DNA from: Waterburya sp.
GTDB lineage: Bacteria; Cyanobacteriota; Cyanobacteriia; Cyanobacteriales; Xenococcaceae
NCBI GenBank assembly: GCA_965217895.1
Contig: CBDCJV010000002.1
Location: 416,001-480,000, forward strand
Direction: 5' to 3'
DNA length: 64,000 nt
A program made the position numbers and the translations under genes. Positions 61,194 to 64,000 of this stretch are shown here, in pieces (position 1 is the first letter of the stretch; each line of letters opens with the position of its first letter). Below the pieces are notes generated by a model. It had not been told where the DNA came from. It worked only from the letters and a program-made list of their open reading frames with translations, and searched no databases.

Positions 61194-62198
61194 ATGTCTG
61201 AATCCATGCGCCTCGCCTTTATTATGTGTACCGAAGGTGGACAACTAGAGCAAGAATCATTGTTGATGGTTGAAAGTCTGCGCCGCTTTGGCGGCGACTT
61301 AAAAGATACTCCTGTTTACAGCTTTCAAGTCAGAGATAAAAATGATGTCTCTACTCCCACTTTAAAAGCATTAGAATCTTTTAGAGTCGAACATCAAAAA
61401 GTTGTTCTCAATCACAAATATCCCGATTATCCTTTAGCTAATAAGCCCTTACTGTGTGCTTATGCCGAACAAAACATCGATGCAGAAATTTTAGTATTTC
61501 TAGATAGCGATTTGGTTTTTTTCTCTGAACCCAAAGAATTTCTGCTGACTGCTGAATACGATGTTGGCATTCGTCCAGAACACGAAAAAATGATCGGTTC
61601 TGAAGGTAAAAACGATCCTAATGATGAATATTGGCAACATCTTTATCAACTAGCTGGTGTTGGAGATAAAGAAATGTTTGTCACCACTACAGTTGATCGG
61701 CAAAAAATTCGGGCTTTTTGGAATTCGGGAGTAGTTGCTGTTAGAAGAAGTGCTGGTATTTTTACCGCCTGGCGAGAAACTTTTCTCAAACTGCTTGAAG
61801 AAGGTTCGATGATTGATAGTAAAAATTTTTATTATGAACAATCAGCCTTATCAGCAACTATTTGTGCCAAAACAAATAAAATATGGCAATTTTCTCCAAA
61901 CTATAACTATCCAATTCACTCTCACAATCCAATTATCGAATCCCAGAGGATGAAAAACTTTAAAGATATCGTTTGTATTCACGATCATCTCTTTAGAAGC
62001 CGTAAAGAATGGTATCGAGAAAGAACTTGGGTGAAAACTCTCAAAAGATTGAAAAATTTTGATAAAAATTCCTCTGAATATCGATGGCTTTATAAGTATT
62101 TACAAGAACATAATTCGCCACCAAATGTTATGCAAAGCTTATTAGAATTTGTTTTGTTTCTACCAGGTATTCAATGGATACTTCCTTATCAAAGATAA
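61194..62198 (+). CDS. GT-A fold (GT8-like) glycosyltransferase
   Basis: VFLDSD (DxD), FWNSGVV, EQSALS and YNYP motifs. Confidence 0.65.
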   Translation: MSESMRLAFIMCTEGGQLEQESLLMVESLRRFGGDLKDTPVYSFQVRDKNDVSTPTLKALESFRVEHQKVVLNHKYPDYPLANKPLLCAYAEQNIDAEILVFLDSDLVFFSEPKEFLLTAEYDVGIRPEHEKMIGSEGKNDPNDEYWQHLYQLAGVGDKEMFVTTTVDRQKIRAFWNSGVVAVRRSAGIFTAWRETFLKLLEEGSMIDSKNFYYEQSALSATICAKTNKIWQFSPNYNYPIHSHNPIIESQRMKNFKDIVCIHDHLFRSRKEWYRERTWVKTLKRLKNFDKNSSEYRWLYKYLQEHNSPPNVMQSLLEFVLFLPGIQWILPYQR

Positions 62199-62239
62199 CT
62201 AACATGAGGAATTTATAAACTTTGAATAAACCAAAAAAA

Positions 62240-62582
62240 ATGACCCAAGCACGTCAAGCACGTGTTGCCTGGCTGCCTCCTGCCATGGGAACAGGTGGAA
62301 TTTCCTTTTCAGCATATTCTCAGTGAGTTTACCCAAGAATTTCCTGAAACAATCGTCTATACGGGACAATGGCCTGGTTATGCTGCTGGATTTGAAAATA
62401 GTTTTCCAGTTCGAGAAGTTGGTGCAACTAAATTTATCGAGTTGGTAAAAACTGCTCAAGGTTGTAATCTGGGATTTTCTTACGTTTCTCCTAGTATTAT
62501 CGGGCATTTAATTAAATTCAAACCAGACGTTGTTTTTGCTAATACTTTTACCGTCTGGACGACAGTGGCTATTACCTTATAA
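62240..62582 (+). pseudogene. Truncated, frameshifted 5' fragment of a GT4-like gene (paralog of the gene at 63681)
   Basis: MTQARQARVAWLPPAMGTGGISF, an extra T near 62309, then QHILSEF...TVAITL* and an A run. Confidence 0.8.
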
Positions 62583-62607
62583 AAAAAATTAATTTAAAAA
62601 TATTCAT

Positions 62608-63669
62608 ATGCAAATAGCTTTTATTAGTCGTTATCGTACAGAAATCATGGGTATTGCCATTTTAGGGATTCTTTTATTTCATTCAACGCAAATAAATTTT
62701 GGCAATACATTTCCTTTATTCTTATTTAATTACATTAGAATAATTGGTTATAGTGGTGTAGATATATTTTTTTTCGTGTCTGGATTTGGGTTAGTTTTTG
62801 GATGGTTACAAAGAACAAATGAAGTTTTTAAGTTTTATAAAAAAAGGCTTCTAAGAATTTTGCCTGCTTATTGGACTACTCTATTTTTTTATTTAATTAT
62901 TCATCTTACGTATTTCAAGGATTTTAAGATAAAAGGATTTATTGGAGATCTATTAGGGCTTGGTTTTCTGACTTCGCATAGCTACAATTACTGGTTTATT
63001 CCTTCAATTATTGTATGTTACTTAATATTTCCTTGTATTATTTTTTTACTAAATAGAAATATTATTAAACAAAAGTTTATTAGTAATTTCTGGTATACAT
63101 TGCTTTTTTCAAGTACTTTACCTTTATTTTTGTGTTTGGGTGCAATTCTAACTAATAAATATCAATTACTCATTTTTTTGAGTCGTTTACCCAGTTTTAT
63201 TTTAGGCGTAATAGTTGCCTTTTTATATTACCAAAAAAAATACGAACTAAAATTAAATTTATTGACAATAAATTTAATTTTGATTTTGGGTTTTATTGCT
63301 CTATTTATAATTAATTTTTATGTAAACAATGAACTAAAATGGCACTACGGCTTGTTATGGTATCCATTAATATTTTTGACGTTTCCTTTATGTTTGGTTT
63401 TGGCATTTTTTTGCAGTTACATCGACAAAAATTTTGTTTTATTAAAAAATAGTTTATTTTTTTGTGGTAAATATAGTCTTGAGATTTACTTGATACATAT
63501 GTTAGTTTTTGATTTTTACGACGACTTACATACTTTCATTAGTTCTTTTGATTTGCTAGCGATGTTCAATCAAGGAAACATTTTAGTTTATGAAATTCTT
63601 ATTAGTATCTCATTACTATTATCATTTTTTCTCAAAAAATTTACCAGTTTTCTTAATATACCAATTTAG
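62608..63669 (+). CDS. Acyltransferase-3 membrane O-acyltransferase
   Basis: IMGIAILGILLFH, GVDIFFFVSGFGL, KRLLRILPAY and SLEIYLIH motifs. Confidence 0.88.
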   Translation: MQIAFISRYRTEIMGIAILGILLFHSTQINFGNTFPLFLFNYIRIIGYSGVDIFFFVSGFGLVFGWLQRTNEVFKFYKKRLLRILPAYWTTLFFYLIIHLTYFKDFKIKGFIGDLLGLGFLTSHSYNYWFIPSIIVCYLIFPCIIFLLNRNIIKQKFISNFWYTLLFSSTLPLFLCLGAILTNKYQLLIFLSRLPSFILGVIVAFLYYQKKYELKLNLLTINLILILGFIALFIINFYVNNELKWHYGLLWYPLIFLTFPLCLVLAFFCSYIDKNFVLLKNSLFFCGKYSLEIYLIHMLVFDFYDDLHTFISSFDLLAMFNQGNILVYEILISISLLLSFFLKKFTSFLNIPI

Positions 63670-63680
63670 GAGTTTATTAT

Positions 63681-64000
63681 ATGTCGTTCGAGCTAACGAA
63701 AAATAATCGCATTGCTTGGTTATTACCAGCAATGGGAACTGGGGGAATATCGTTTCAACATATTATTGCCGAATTCGTTCGAGAATTTCCTGAAACAATC
63801 GTCTATACGGGACAATGGCCTGGCTATGCTGCTGGATTTGAAAATAGTTTTCCAGTTCGAGAAGTTGGTGCGACTAAATTTATCGAGTTGGCAAAAACTG
63901 CTCAAGGTTATAATCTAGGATTTTCTTACGCTTCTCCTAGTATTATTGGGCATTTAATTAAATTCAAACCAGACGTTGTTTTTGCTAACGCTTTTACCAT
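63681..64000 (+). CDS. GT4-like glycosyltransferase, 5' part (runs off the window)
   Basis: AGGAG then ATG 63681; open frame MSFELTKNNRIAWLLPAMGTGGISFQH...FKPDVVFANAFT. Confidence 0.75.
   Translation, partial: MSFELTKNNRIAWLLPAMGTGGISFQHIIAEFVREFPETIVYTGQWPGYAAGFENSFPVREVGATKFIELAKTAQGYNLGFSYASPSIIGHLIKFKPDVVFANAFT

Noticed and set aside
63712..63918. ORF-track calls at 63712-63918, 63723-63905 and 62199-62507
   Set aside because: Off-frame or antisense shadows of the GT4-like gene starting at 63681 and of its duplicate fragment.
1..64000. CRISPR array, tRNA or rRNA
   Set aside because: No regularly spaced direct repeats or recognisable structural RNA genes seen by eye; a covariance-model scan was not possible.

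Overview
AT-rich cyanobacterial chromosome segment. The HIP1 octamer GCGATCGC is very frequent, and lepA, rbcR/ycf30, Z-ISO and a WCGLC thioredoxin are present; a more precise taxon cannot be fixed from the sequence alone. Bases 1-25.7 kb are mostly housekeeping genes: GNAT end, S4 protein, VOC protein, RNase D-like, squalene/phytoene synthase, cbiG-cobJ fusion, CDF transporter, RND permease, lepA, a GAF histidine kinase, a decayed Ser/Thr kinase, rbcR, Z-ISO, trxC and PIN-PhoH. This stretch is interrupted at 6.3-11.2 kb by a decaying membrane-stress-like island (PspA/IM30, internally deleted ligand-binding protein, DUF3137-like, LemA, DUF3352 remnant, ISAs1 remnant, TPM pseudogene) carrying a duplicated upstream motif. 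From 25.85 kb to the window end lies a surface-polysaccharide locus of at least 38 kb: Wzy-like protein, Wzc, HepA/PglK-type ABC exporter, GT4/GT2/GT26 glycosyltransferases, two acyltransferases, two methyltransferases and a beta-helix glycanase. Embedded co-directionally in it is a three-gene hybrid NRPS/PKS line (A-T-KS-AT-ACP-aminotransferase; C-A-T; docking-C*-T-TE) with a cupin oxygenase, a methyltransferase and an exported hydrolase, directly behind a WecB/TagA glycosyltransferase fused to four MshEN-like repeats. The best candidate for an undescribed system is this assembly line, which may build an amino-acid/polyketide substituent for a surface glycan, possibly under c-di-GMP control. 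That function is an inference from gene context. No rRNA, tRNA or CRISPR array was seen.
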